A stretch of 64,000 nt of DNA. Origin: an uncultured SAR86 cluster bacterium (lineage in GTDB: Bacteria; Pseudomonadota; Gammaproteobacteria; Magnimaribacterales; D2472). A model generated the notes under the pieces. It was not told the origin of the DNA, did not search any database, and saw only the letters and a program-made list of their open reading frames with translations. Position 1 is the first letter of the stretch. Each line of letters starts with the position of its first letter. This document shows positions 1 to 13,382 of the stretch, piece after piece. Where the stretch lies: NCBI GenBank assembly GCA_905181645.1, contig CAJIYN010000001.1:696691-760690 (forward strand), read 5' to 3'. The position numbers and the translations under genes were made by a program.

Positions 1-417
1 TGCGATAGAGATGCAAAAATTTGTAATGATTTTTATGCAAACTTTCCTTTGGATTCGATTAATCTTCCGAATAATATGTGGGCAAAATCAACAGAATTAT
101 TTTTAAGCTACGCTGTTAATGATTTACAAACAATTAAAGCAATTCAGGAAGTTTATGAATCTCATAATTATCTTATTGATCCCCATACCGCTGTAGCTTC
201 AGTGGCCGTTGATAACCTAAGCAAGCAATTAAAGAATTCCACACTGATACTATCGACAGCTCATCCAGCTAAATTTCCAGACTCAATTGCAGAAGCTGGA
301 ATAGCCATCAAAGAAATACCTAAGAGACTAAGTGATGTTTATGATAAAGAAGAAATATTCTATGAATTTTTAGCAGATAAAAATGCTATTTTTAATTTTA
401 TAGCTTCTAATAATTAA
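1..417 (+). CDS. thrC: threonine synthase, C-terminal part (runs in from window edge)
   Basis: YLIDPHTAVA and LSTAHPAKFPD motifs. Confidence 0.9.
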   Translation, partial: CDRDAKICNDFYANFPLDSINLPNNMWAKSTELFLSYAVNDLQTIKAIQEVYESHNYLIDPHTAVASVAVDNLSKQLKNSTLILSTAHPAKFPDSIAEAGIAIKEIPKRLSDVYDKEEIFYEFLADKNAIFNFIASNN

Positions 418-419
418 TT

Positions 420-1520
420 ATGGATTCCTCAGAACTTAAAAGCATTTTATTGGATCTTCAGTCAAGAATTGTAGAAATAAGAAATGGTATTTTTGATGTC
501 ACATCCAAAGAAAAGAGACTTAATGAAATTTCAGATCAGCTTTCAAAAGAAGAGGTTTGGAGCAATCTAGATTTATCTCAAAAGCTTAGCAAGGAAAAGG
601 TTTCAATTGAAAAATCATTAACCTTTTTTCAATCAACTGAAATGCAGGTTAGTGACAATCTATCATTGCTTGAAATGGCTTTAGAAGAATCAGATCTTGA
701 AACAATAAAAGAAATAGCAATTTTCAGATTTATGAACATAGAAGTATCAATTGCATCATATGAATTTAGAAGAATGTTTAGTGGTAATATGGATCAAAAT
801 TCTGCATATCTAGATATTCAGTCTGGATCTGGAGGAACAGAAGCTCAAGACTGGGCAGAAATGCTTCTTAGGATGTATTCTAAGTGGGCTGAAAGTAGAG
901 ATTTTGATATAGATGTTACTGAAATATCTCATGGTGAAATTGCTGGAATTAAATCAGCAACACTTCATGTGAAAGGAGACTATTCATATGGATGGCTGAG
1001 AACAGAAACTGGAATTCATAGACTTGTAAGGAAATCACCCTTTGATTCAGGAAGCCGGCGTCATACCTCCTTTGCATCGGTTTTCATATCTCCTGAGGTT
1101 GATGATTCTATTGAAATTAACATTAACAATGCTGATATTAGAGTTGATACATATAGAGCATCTGGAGCAGGCGGACAGCATGTTAACAAAACTGATTCTG
1201 CAGTTCGTCTAACCCATATTCCCAGTGGTACAGTTTCAGAATGTCAGGATGGAAGGTCTCAGCATAAAAATAAAGAAACTGCTTTTAAACAACTAAAATC
1301 TAAGCTTTACGAGTTAGAATTACAAAAACAAAAAGATGAACAACAGGTATTAGAGGACAGCAAGTCTGATATTGGATGGGGTAATCAGATTAGGTCTTAT
1401 GTATTGGACCAATCAAGGATAAAAGATCTCAGAACTAATTTAGAATCAGGCAATACAACTGCAATACTAAATGGCGATCTTGATGATTTTATGAAAACAA
1501 GCCTTAAGGAAGGGGTATAA
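420..1520 (+). CDS. prfB: peptide chain release factor 2
   Basis: SGSGGTEAQDWA, SPF anticodon-mimic motif, GGQ motif, IGWGNQIRSYV; sits before lysS. Confidence 0.97.
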   Translation: MDSSELKSILLDLQSRIVEIRNGIFDVTSKEKRLNEISDQLSKEEVWSNLDLSQKLSKEKVSIEKSLTFFQSTEMQVSDNLSLLEMALEESDLETIKEIAIFRFMNIEVSIASYEFRRMFSGNMDQNSAYLDIQSGSGGTEAQDWAEMLLRMYSKWAESRDFDIDVTEISHGEIAGIKSATLHVKGDYSYGWLRTETGIHRLVRKSPFDSGSRRHTSFASVFISPEVDDSIEININNADIRVDTYRASGAGGQHVNKTDSAVRLTHIPSGTVSECQDGRSQHKNKETAFKQLKSKLYELELQKQKDEQQVLEDSKSDIGWGNQIRSYVLDQSRIKDLRTNLESGNTTAILNGDLDDFMKTSLKEGV

Positions 1521-2962
<1,442 letters not shown>

Positions 2963-3084
2963 ATTTATCAAAATTCTCAGGGTTAGCCCATCCTTTAGAA
3001 TTATTCCAATCTCTTTTATTATTATAAGTCTTTAAGTTATAAGCAAAGATACATAAGCCAAGTTTCTTATTTTCAAATTCCTGT

Positions 3085-3335
3085 GGAAACGATAATCTCG
3101 CAATTCATCCATCATTATCTCATAGGAAGGAAAGTAAAAAAGAGTTTTTAAAAGTGATTCACTGGATAAAACTTGATGAATGGCAGTTATCAAATGGGCC
3201 TTGCTTAAATTATTATCAACAAAGCCATTTTTTAAATGTCTTACCGGAGATACAGTTGTTATGATGAAAGCTTTCGGGTTGTTTACTTTTATTAATGAAA
3301 TTACTTCATCTTCAATGACATCAGATAGAAAACTT
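3085..3335 (-). other. fragment of GSCFA-family protein (likely foreign patch)
   Basis: TVSPVRHLKNG..NNLSKAHL..YFPSYEIMMDELRDYRF, typical of Bacteroidota GSCFA proteins; no N-terminal part present. Confidence 0.65.
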
Positions 3336-3360
3336 TGTATTATTTTATTTTGCGCACTGA

Positions 3361-4354
3361 TCACAAAAGATGTTTTACAGCCTCTCTCTCAGATTCAAGC
3401 TCATCAATAGATATAGCAAATTTTGTTTTAGCAAATTCAGATAGAGTCATATCTCTTATAATTTCAACACTTCCATCTGCCATCGTCATTAACGGATAGC
3501 CGCAAATTAAGCCTTCTGGAACATCATAAGCACCATCACTTGCTATAGCTGCACTAAAGCAATCCCCAGCTTCTGTAGGCGTCTCACAAGCAATTATTGT
3601 ATCTAACGCAGCTTTTGCTGCAGAGGTGGCTGAGGAGGCTCCTCTTGCGTCAATAACTGCTTTACCCCTCTGCTGAACAGTTGGTAAAAAATCATTTTCA
3701 ACCCAATTCATATCATTAATAATTGAACCAACTGAATTATTATTTACAAGAGCGTTTTCAACATCAGGATACATAGTTGGGCTATGATTTCCCCAAATAA
3801 TCATTTTCTTAACATCAGCTATAGAGCAGCTAACTTTTTTAGAAATTACTGATTTTGCTCGACTTGAATCTAGCATTGTCATTGCCATCCACAATTGCGT
3901 ATCAACTCCAGATGAATTTTTACCTATAAGAGCATTAGTATTTGCTGGGTTACCTACAACTAATATTTTAGCATCGGCTTTTCCATATTTTCCTACCGCC
4001 TCTCCTTGAGAAACAAAAATGCCACCATTAATTTTTAAAAGATCAGATCTTTCTTCTATTTTTTTACCTTCATAAACAATTCCTCTAGGAATACTGCCTA
4101 CTAACAAAAACCAGTCAGCATCTTTTGCAGCTTCAGGAAAATTATCTGTGTAGGTAACATTTCCCATATGAGGAAAAGAGGAGTCTTCTAACTCCATGAC
4201 CAAGCCTTCTAATTTTTCTACAACTTGAGGAATTTCAACAAGCTAAATCAACAATTTTGTTACCAAATGTTTTGCCATCTAGCAGTCTGGGTATAAGTGA
4301 ATATGCTATTTGACCTGCAGCGCCTGTAACAACAACTTTAACTCTTGAATTCAT
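3361..4354 (-). CDS. mdh: malate dehydrogenase, type 2 (5' part frameshifted)
   Basis: VVVTGAAGQIAYSL near 4290-4340, VVGNPANTNALI, IWGNHS, RGKAVIDARGASSA. Confidence 0.9.
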
Positions 4355-4379
4355 TTTTTTTCCTTAATTTACGAATTAT

Positions 4380-4928
4380 TTATGCCGTAATTATAGTCCT
4401 AAATGTAAGATTTAAACGGGGCTTAATTAATTTTTTTGATTTTTTTATACAATGTTTCCAGTATTTTTGAGTATCACCATCCATAACTATTACAGAACCA
4501 TGTGATTGATCTATAGCATCGAATTGTATCTTCATTTTTATGTTTAATTTTAGTATTAACTATCTCTAAATTTGACTCTCTATTTGCACCTTCAACATTA
4601 ATGGCAGGGCCAATAAATCACGATCACAGTCCTTAAAATCCATTTTATATTTATCGATATCAATAAAATTTGGAACTACTTTTATATCATTTTGAGTGTT
4701 GAATAAACGCTGAGTATCTTCTTTTAAACTTTGAGAAACAGAAGTAACGGCATCAGATTTATTAATACTAAAAGTTACTGCTGTTTTACCAAATAATTTA
4801 ATTTCTCCCTCAAGCCAATTTAATTCATCTAATGAGGATTCTAGCCATCTATCAGCCTGATCTTTTGTAAAAGAATCTTCGTAGTTTTTTATCGATAGAT
4901 TAGGGTATTTAAATATATTCTTATGCAT
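4380..4928 (-). CDS. AlkB-family 2OG-Fe(II) dioxygenase, middle replaced by a foreign patch
   Basis: N-term LNWLEGEIKLFGK; C-term HGSVIVMDGDTQKYWKHCIKK..RLNLTFR read on minus strand at 4395-4505. Confidence 0.75.
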
Positions 4929-4966
4929 TAATATAAAATGAAATAAAAGAGTCAATATTATATTTT

Positions 4967-6093
4967 ATGAAGAAAATTTTTGATATTCCATTAAACAGAA
5001 AAAATACTTGGAGCACTAAATGGGATCTTTACAAAAATAAAGATATTATTCCTCTTTGGGTTGCTGATATGGATTTTAAATCTCCTGATGTTGTCGAAAA
5101 TGCCTTTAAAGAAAGAATTGAGCATGGTGGATATGGATATACAGACATACCCCAAGAGCTAAATGAAGAAATTATACATTTCTATAAAAAAAATAATTGG
5201 CTTATTCAAGAAGATTGGATTGTCTGGCTTCCTGGCCTTGAGACAGTAATTCACCAAATTTATAATCTTATTATGGATACTCAATCTGTAATTGTTCCTC
5301 GGCCAATATATCCACCATTTTTAAATGCAGCCAAGCATAGTAATAAGAAGATAATTTTTCATGATCTAGAAAAAGTAGATGGAAGATTAGTTTATAACCT
5401 TGAAAAGCTTTCTGAAGAAGCTGAAGAAAATGCTAGGATGGTAGTGCTTTGTTCACCACATAACCCTGGTGGTCGCGTTTGGACCCGCGCCGAACTGGAA
5501 CGACTGGCTGCTTTTGTGCGTCGACATGATCTAATCTTAGTTAGCGACGAGATCCATCATGATCTAACATTCGGTATAAAACACACCCCAATGGCACTTA
5601 TAGAGGGAATTAAAGACCAGCTAATAATGATGACTGCTACCACTAAAACATTTAATATTGCAGGTGGACATGTGGGCAACGTAATTATTGAAAGCCCAGG
5701 CCTTCGAGACCAGTTTGCAAAGAGAATGACAGCACTCCATCACCAAGCATCTTTGGCCTGATAGCAACCCTAGCTTGTTTAAAGGGCGGAGAGGCATGGA
5801 AAAATAACCTTTTAGAATACTTAAATAAAAATAAAGATTTTTTACTTGAAGAATTATCTCCTAGAGAGGATATAGAAATCATAGAGCCCAAAGGAACATA
5901 TTTACTTTGGTTTAAGGTGCTGAATGCTAAAACTGAAAAGCTTCAAGAGCATTTTGAGAAATTTGGAGTTGGCTTATCAGATGGAAAAGATTTTGGTAAA
6001 GCTGGATGGATGCGATTAAATTTTGGGACTAATTTAGAGCTATTGACTCAAGCGGCACCCAGAATTCATAAAGCCTTGGACGATTTAGTCTAA
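4967..6093 (+). CDS. MalY/PatB PLP-dependent C-S lyase (frameshifted)
   Basis: IPLWVADMDFKSP, LCSPHNPGGRVW, SDEIHHDL; C-term GTYLLW and MRLNFGT in another frame. Confidence 0.9.
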
Positions 6094-7315
6094 TGAGTGG
6101 AGTAATAATTATTGGGTCAGGGCATGCAGGCTGCAATACAGCAATAAACCTTAGAAGATCAGGCTATGAAGATAACATCATAATTTTTTCTATTGAAAAT
6201 GAATTGCCTTATCATAGACCGCCACTTTCAAAGAAATTTTTTAAAGGGGATATCTCCTTTGAAGGTATTTTGATTAAAAATGAATCTTTTTATTCAGATA
6301 ATAATATTCAATTTAAAGCGAACTCTGAGATTACACAAGTAAATATAAAAGAAAAATATATAACAACACATGCAGGAGATCGCTATGAATTTTCCTGCCT
6401 TGTTTTTGCTACAGGTTCATCATCAAGAGTTTTTCCTGCAGGTATAATTTCTTTACCTGTATTATCCACTAAAGAAATATAGCAGATGTTAATTGTATAA
6501 ATAACTTACTCAAAAATTCTAAAAAACCTTTATTAATTGGAGGAGGGTATATAGGGCTTGAACTTGCGGCTTCAATGACTGAAATGGGAATGCCTGTATC
6601 AATTATTGAGCAAGAAGAAAGATTATTAAAAAGAGTTACAGCACCTGTTATGTCTAAATTTTATAAAGATCTACATGAATCAAGGGGTGTAAAAATATTC
6701 TGTGATCAGAGTATAGAAACTATAAATAAAATAGATAATAACTATGAGGTTTTAACCAATAACGGTATCTCGATTAGTACTGATTTAATAATTGCTGGAA
6801 TAGGCGCTATCCCTAATAACAAACTTGCACAAGATTCTGGAATAAAGTGCAAGAATGGAATTATAGTTGATCAATATTGCAGAACTAACGTGCCCTATGT
6901 ATTTGCTGCTGGTGATTGTGCAAATGCATTCAATGATCTTTATGGATACGCCATGAGGGTTGAAAGTGTTCCAAGCGCTAACGCTCATGCTAAAGTTATT
7001 GCATCTTCCATTATTGGCAACGAAGTGACGAATAGAGAATTGCCATGGTTCTGGTCTGATCAGTATGAGTTTAAACTGCAAATGGCAGGATTGTCTGAAG
7101 GATATGACGAAATTCATATTCATGGCAAAATTGAAGAGAACGCATTTATGGCATGTTACGGCAAAGAGGGTAGTTTAATAGCTGTAGATTCTGTTAATAT
7201 GCCTAAAAATTTTAATAATTATAAAAAAGCTTTAGCTAATAGCATGAGGCTATCCATGGATTTGATTAAGGATCCTAATTTTGATCCTTCTTCTATTTTT
7301 TCAGCTTCCTATTAA
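6093..7315 (+). CDS. NAD(P)H-dependent ferredoxin reductase (frameshifted)
   Basis: IIIGSGHAG, PYHRPPLSK, IGGGYIGLELAAS, FAAGDCA, PWFWSDQY. Confidence 0.9.
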
Positions 7316-7333
7316 TTTTATTTGGAGAAAAGT

Positions 7334-8235
7334 ATGAGTATAAGATTTGATAATCAGGTTGCCATTGTCACAGGTGCAGGTGGCGGAATTGGTAAAGAGC
7401 ATGCATTAGAGTTAGCAAGAAGAGGGGCTAAGGTTGTTGTAAATGATCTAGGTGGAAGCGTTGATGGCAGCGGCACAAGTGATGCAGCAGAAGCAGTGGT
7501 TCAACAAATCAAGTCAGAGGGTGGAGAGGCGATGGCTAATGGAGCAAGCGTTACCGACTTACCCGCTATTCAAAGCATGGTTAAAGATGTTATGGATAAA
7601 TGGGGAAGAATTGATATCTTAGTTAATAATGCTGGAATTCTTAGAGATAAAAGTTTTCATAATGTAACTTTAGAAGATTTTAATTTAGTCATGGATGTTC
7701 ATTTTCAAGGAACTTTAAACTGTACTCATGCTATTTATCCAATCATGAGAGAGCAAGGTTACGGAAGAATTGTATTTACAAGTTCATCAAGTGGAGTATT
7801 TGGTAATTTTGGTCAAAGTAATTATGGTGCAGCTAAAATGGCTATGGTTGGCTGCATGTTGATAAAATTGAAGGCCAAAAATATAATGTTTTTTCAAATT
7901 CAATTACTCCTGTTGCTTATACAAGAATGACAGAAGGCTTAATTCCTGAAGATTTTGGTAAAAATATGCAACCTGAGTATGTTACCCCAGCTGTTATTTA
8001 CCTTTCAAGCGACCAAGCCCCAAATGGTGCAATTATGTCAGCTGGTGCTGGTGTTTTCTCAAGAATATTTATTCATGAAACTATGGGTGTTTCTCTTGGA
8101 ACAGGTGAAGACATGACACCTGAAAACATTGCTGCTAATTGGGATAATATTTCTGATATATGACAGATGCAAGAGCGCTACAAAATGGCGGAGAGCAGAC
8201 ATTGAAAATATTTGAATTAATTAATAAAGAATAAA
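7334..8235 (+). CDS. short-chain dehydrogenase, MFE-2/3-hydroxyacyl-CoA dehydrogenase type (frameshifted)
   Basis: TGAGGGIG, VVVNDLGG, NNAGILRDKSF, GNFGQSNYGAAK. Confidence 0.88.
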
Positions 8236-8294
8236 AAATATTTTTTCAATTCAATGCACATAAGTCATTATATACATTGAATAACTTTGTAGTT

Positions 8295-8921
8295 TTAGCC
8301 AACTATGGAATATATAACTATGAAGTGCAGGATAGCTGCTACAGAAACCAATATATGAAAAAACTCATGATAACCAAAATACTTAGGGCTAAAATCTGGA
8401 AACTTTAATCCATAACCAATAGCCCCAACTGAATAAATAGTCCCACCGGCTACCGTCAAACTAAAGTTAGTAAAACCCATAACTGTAGATAGAACTGAAA
8501 GGTATGGAATGGCTATATAGCCTGCAATAAGATAAATTCCAGCTCGCACCAAGCGAGGGACATTTGTAAATAAGAATGTTTGAAGTATGCCAATACCTGC
8601 AACTGCCCACATTATTACAAGTAGCTGCAATCCTAGCTTATCAGGTAAAACAAGAAGACATATTGGAGTAAAACTACCAGCTATCATTATAAAAATTGAT
8701 GAGTGATCTAGTCTTCTCATAACCTTTAAGACTTTTGGTCTCCAGTTAATTCTGTGATACAGAGCGCTGAATCCAAACATCATAAATATACCCATTGAAT
8801 AAACAATAGTAGCTATGAGTTCATTGGGGTTTGTACTTTTATTTATTAGTGGGATGCATGCACCAATGGAGATGAAGAACATCCATTCGTGAAAATAGCC
8901 TCTTAAAAGAGGCTTTTTCAT
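8295..8921 (-). CDS. hemolysin III / PAQR family membrane protein
   Basis: KPLLRGYFH, SALYH, RRLDHSSIFIMIAGSFTP, FGYHEFFH. Confidence 0.92.
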   Translation of the reverse strand: MKKPLLRGYFHEWMFFISIGACIPLINKSTNPNELIATIVYSMGIFMMFGFSALYHRINWRPKVLKVMRRLDHSSIFIMIAGSFTPICLLVLPDKLGLQLLVIMWAVAGIGILQTFLFTNVPRLVRAGIYLIAGYIAIPYLSVLSTVMGFTNFSLTVAGGTIYSVGAIGYGLKFPDFSPKYFGYHEFFHILVSVAAILHFIVIYSIVG

Positions 8922-8932
8922 ATTAGATCTTA

Positions 8933-10201
8933 TTATTCCCAGTTAAGAGCACCACCAACTTGATATTCAGTAACTCTGGTTTCAAAGAAATTCTTTTCTT
9001 TTCTTAAATCAATAATCTCTGACATCCAAGGGAAAGGATTTGTTACGCCTTTAAACTCTTCCTCTAAACCAATTTGAGTTAGTCGTCTGTTAGCAATAAA
9101 TTTAAGATATTCTTCCATCATGGCTGCATTCATACCCAATACACCTCTTGGCATAGTATCCCTAGCATACATAATTTCTAACTCTGTGCCTTCTAGGATC
9201 ATTTGAGCTGCCTCAGATTTCATTTCTTCATCCCATAAATGAGGGTTTTCAATCTTAATTTGGTTGATAACATCAATACCAAAATTCACGTGCATAGATT
9301 CGTCTCTTAAAATATACTGGAACTGTTCTGCTGTTCCTGTCATTTTGTTTCTTCTGCCCATTGATAGAATCTGAGTAAACCCACAATAGAAGAATATTCC
9401 TTCAAGCACACAATAAAAAGCAATTAAGTTTTTTAGTAGCTGCTTATCTGTTTCCTCAGTACCAGTTTTAAAGTCTGGATCAGAAATTTCTTGTGTATAT
9501 TTCAATCCCCAAGAAGCCTTTCTTGCAACACAAGGTATTTCTCTATACATATTAAAAATCTCTCCTTCATCCATCCCTAAGGATTCAATACAATATTGAT
9601 ATGCATGCGTATGAATAGCTTCTTCTAAACTTTGTCTAAGAATATATTGTCTGCACTCTGGATTAGTTATTAATCTATAAAGAGCTAGGACAAGATTGTT
9701 GGCAACCAATGAATCTGCCGTTGAGAAGAACCCAAGATTTCTTTTAACAATCGTTCTCTCATCTTCAGTTAAGCCATCTTCAGATTTCCAAAGAGCTATA
9801 TCATTTGTCATATTTATTTCTTGTGGCATCCAGTGGTTAGCGCTTCCATCAAGATATTTTTGCCATGCCCAGTCATATTTAAAAGGCACTAATTGATTAA
9901 GGTCTGCTTTACAGTTAATCATCATCTTCTGATCAACTTGAACTCTTTCACCCATCATCTCATCTAGTTCTTCTATTCCAGCGGCTTCATCTAGATTTAA
10001 TACAGCTTCTCTGGCTTTTTCAGCTCTTGAACCTTCTTCAATTACTTTGCTAGAGTAGTTATCAGGACCTTCATCTTGAGCCACTACAGGAGTAGGTTCT
10101 ACAACCTGCTGAACTGGAGCAGGAGTTGCTGTTACTGTTTCAGTTGTAACACTTGGAGGTGCTGTATTTTCTTCTTTACTATATTCATCCCAATTTAACA
10201 T
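8933..10201 (-). CDS. nrdB: class Ia ribonucleotide reductase beta subunit
   Basis: [26 protein letters not shown] (radical Tyr present), [19 protein letters not shown]. Confidence 0.96.
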   Translation of the reverse strand: MLNWDEYSKEENTAPPSVTTETVTATPAPVQQVVEPTPVVAQDEGPDNYSSKVIEEGSRAEKAREAVLNLDEAAGIEELDEMMGERVQVDQKMMINCKADLNQLVPFKYDWAWQKYLDGSANHWMPQEINMTNDIALWKSEDGLTEDERTIVKRNLGFFSTADSLVANNLVLALYRLITNPECRQYILRQSLEEAIHTHAYQYCIESLGMDEGEIFNMYREIPCVARKASWGLKYTQEISDPDFKTGTEETDKQLLKNLIAFYCVLEGIFFYCGFTQILSMGRRNKMTGTAEQFQYILRDESMHVNFGIDVINQIKIENPHLWDEEMKSEAAQMILEGTELEIMYARDTMPRGVLGMNAAMMEEYLKFIANRRLTQIGLEEEFKGVTNPFPWMSEIIDLRKEKNFFETRVTEYQVGGALNWE

Positions 10202-10217
10202 ATTCTTTTTCCTTTAT

Positions 10218-13113
10218 TTATTGACATGCCTCACACTCTGGATCATCCAAAGAGCATGCTGTTGGCACTGGAGCTGGAGCTCCAAGTTCTTGTTGTGGAG
10301 CTGATGCTCCGAGTTCTTGTTGCGGTGCTTGTTCAGCTCCCGCGCTAACTGCGTTGAGTTTCCCTTGTTGAACAGTTGATTTTTCAGTTGATGTTGCAGC
10401 GATAGATCTAAGATAATATGTTGTTTTTAAACCAGAATACCATGCCATTCTGTAGGTAATATCTAGTTTTTTACCATCCGCATTTCCTATATACAGATTT
10501 AATGACTGACCTTGGTCTATCCATTTTTGTCTTCTAGCTAGCTGCTTCAACAATATATCTTGGCTCAACTTCAAATGCTGTTGAGAAAAGCTTTTTAATA
10601 TCATCAGGGATTCTTGAAATTTCAATTCACGTAACCAATAATATTTAAGGTCATTAATCATAACCTCATCCCACAAACCTAAATCCTTCAGCTTACTAAC
10701 CAGATGTGGGTTAACTATTGTAAATTCTCCAGAAAGGTTAGATTTAACATATAGATTTTGATATGTTGGTTCAATTGATTGAGTCACTCCGGTGATATTG
10801 GAGATAGTTGCTGTTGGAGCTATAGCCATAACATTAGAATTTCTCATACCGTCTTTTATTACTTTTTTTCTTAATGTATCCCAGTCAAGAGTTTCAGATC
10901 TATCAACATTCAAATACTCATTACCTCTATTCTCTGCAAGTATTTCAATTGAATCTTTTGGTAAAATGCCTTTGCTCCACAAGGATCCTTCAAATGTCTC
11001 ATAACTTCCTCTTTCTTTTGCAAGCTCCATAGATGAGCGAAGTGCAAAGTAACTAATTTGTTCCATGCTTTTATCAGCAAAATCTACAGCTTCTTCTGAT
11101 GCATATGGGATTCTTAATTTATACAACGCATCTTGGAAACCCATTAATCCTAAACCAACCGGCCTATGCTTTCGCATTTGATGTTTCTTGCTTTTTCTAC
11201 ACTATAATAATTAATATTCTATTACATTGTCTAGCATTCTTATTGCTGTTGAGACCGTTTGCTTTACTTTTTTTTCTAAAACTCCTAATGAAGCTGCTAA
11301 ATTAACAGAACCTAAATTACACACAGCAATTTCATCTGCGCTAGTATTTAAAGTAATTTCTGTACAAAGGTTAGATGAATGCATTACCCCTGCATGTTGT
11401 TGCGGAGATCTCAAATTACATGAATCTTTAAAAGTGATCCATGGATGACCTGTCTCAAAAAGCATCGTAAGCATTTTTCTCCAAAGCTCTTTTGCAGGAA
11501 TTGATTTAGCTTGATCCATTTCACCAGCTTCAGCCTTTCTTTCATATTCCTCATACTTAGCTTTCAAAATCTTTTCCAATAAGATCATGAAGTTCTGGTG
11601 TTTCTCCTGGTGAAAATAATGTCCAGTTCTTACCTTGCTCAACTCTTTTCATAAATAAATCAGGCATCCAAGTTGGCCGTATTCATGTCATGAGTTCTTC
11701 TTCTTTCATCTCCAGTATTTTTTTGCATCATCTAGGAATTCTTCAATATCTACACCTTCTGGATTTCCTGCTCCTTTCTTTTCCCACCTTGATTAACTGC
11801 TACAGCTGTATCATTAGCAACTTTTAAGAATGGCACTACACCTTAGATGTTCCATTAGTTCCTTTAATATAAGATCCCGTAGCCCTAATCTCGGAGACCA
11901 ATCATTTCCAAGCCCACCTGCCCATTTTGATAAAAGAGCATTATCTTTCATAGCGCCAAATATTCCATCGAGATCATCAGGTATAGTTGTTAGATAGCAT
12001 GATGATAATTGCGGTCTCTTTGTTCCAGAATTAAATAATGTTGGAGTAGAGCTCATATAGTCAAAACTTGATAATAATCTATAGAACTCTATTGCTCTGT
12101 CTTCCCTGTTTTCCTCTTCAACTGCTAAGCCCATAGCAACCCTCATAAAGAATACTTGCGGCAATTCATATCTAACATCATCACAATGAATGAAAGTATC
12201 TATCATATAAAGTTTGAAGACCTAGGTATGTAAATTGGTTATCTCTCGTATAGTCTAAAGCTGCTCCTAGCTTCTCTAAGTCAAAAGTTTTTAATTCAGG
12301 GTTTAATATATCTAATTCAATTCCCTTATCTATGTAGGCATTTAAAGCCTGCGGATAATACTTTTCCATTTCATCATATGTTGCCTCATCAGCAACACCA
12401 AGAAATCCTAAAGCTTCGCTTCGAATTTGATCCATTAGTATTCTTGCTGTAACAAATGAATAATTTGGTTCTTTTTCAACCTTTGTTCTCGCTGACATAA
12501 CAAGACTTGTTCTCATATCTGCTAAAGATACTCCGTCATAAAGATTTTTCAGAGCTTCTTCTAAGACTTCATTCATTGAAACCTCTTCTAATCCTTCGCA
12601 AGCATCATTAATCAAGGAAGCAACTTTATCTATATCTAATGGAACAACAGATCCGTCTGTTTTAGTAATATTTATATTTGGTCTATTTGATATATTAATT
12701 TCTGGTGCTTCTTTTTTTCTTTCTTGTGTTCTTCCCGCTCTATATAAAATGTAACTTCTTGCAACTTCAAGCTCTTCTGCTCTCATTAATTGGAGCTCTA
12801 CCTGATCCTGAATTTCTTCTATATGAAGAGTTCCTCCAGAAGGCATCCTTCTTTCAAACACATCAATTACACCAACTGATATTTGATTCACTTTTTTATG
12901 TATTCTTTCACTGGCTGCTGCATTGCCTGATTCATTTGCTAGAAATGCTTTTGTAATTGCTACCTTAATTTTGTCTTCTTCAAATGCAACAACTTTTCCA
13001 TTTCTTTTAATTACTCTAATTTTTCCTGGGGCATTTATTGCTAATTCGTTTGCTTGTTTTTGCTGTGTTGCGAGTATATTCGCTGCTTCTTGTGTTGTTT
13101 CATTCAATGACAT
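10218..13113 (-). CDS. nrdA: class Ia ribonucleotide reductase alpha subunit with two ATP-cones (frameshifted)
   Basis: VIKRNG ATP-cone, [42 protein letters not shown]-terminal CEACQ. Confidence 0.95.
10279..10330 (-). repeat. 27-bp tandem duplication encoding APQQELGA twice in the NrdA tail
   Basis: [18 protein letters not shown] in translation. Confidence 0.85.
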
Positions 13114-13252
13114 CTTTTCTTTTAATCCTTTAGCTTGTTATTTATTGTCTTTTTTCGTTAAACTCTTTTGCGGTTATTTCGTTTTTCTTGTGGTTTTGAT
13201 TTAAGCTTTAATTTACTGCGCTTTCTTTCGCCCCATGGATAATATTACTCAC

Positions 13253-13360
13253 TGTGGATAAAGAAGCAAGAGGAAAACACAATATATAGTATATTTTTTT
13301 TACATATAGTCTATATAGTGTATATAGCCTGTTATTGACTTGTTGATAATTTGTGGATAA
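13253..13360. promoter_or_regulatory. nrdAB upstream region with NrdR boxes and DnaA boxes
   Basis: ACACAATATATAGTAT 13277-13292 and ATAGTCTATATAGTGT 13306-13321 match the NrdR box; TGTGGATAA at 13253 and 13352, TGTTGATAA at 13341. Confidence 0.85.
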
Positions 13361-13382
13361 ATTTTTGTTTTTTAGGATATTT

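Noticed and set aside
8933-10201. Unusual class Ic/Ie RNR
   Set aside because: The first-ligand Asp, both ExxH motifs and the radical Tyr are all present, so it is standard class Ia.
13137-13236. Possible basic leader peptide upstream of nrdA
   Set aside because: The frame closes after a few codons and cannot be distinguished from A-rich UTR given the error rate.
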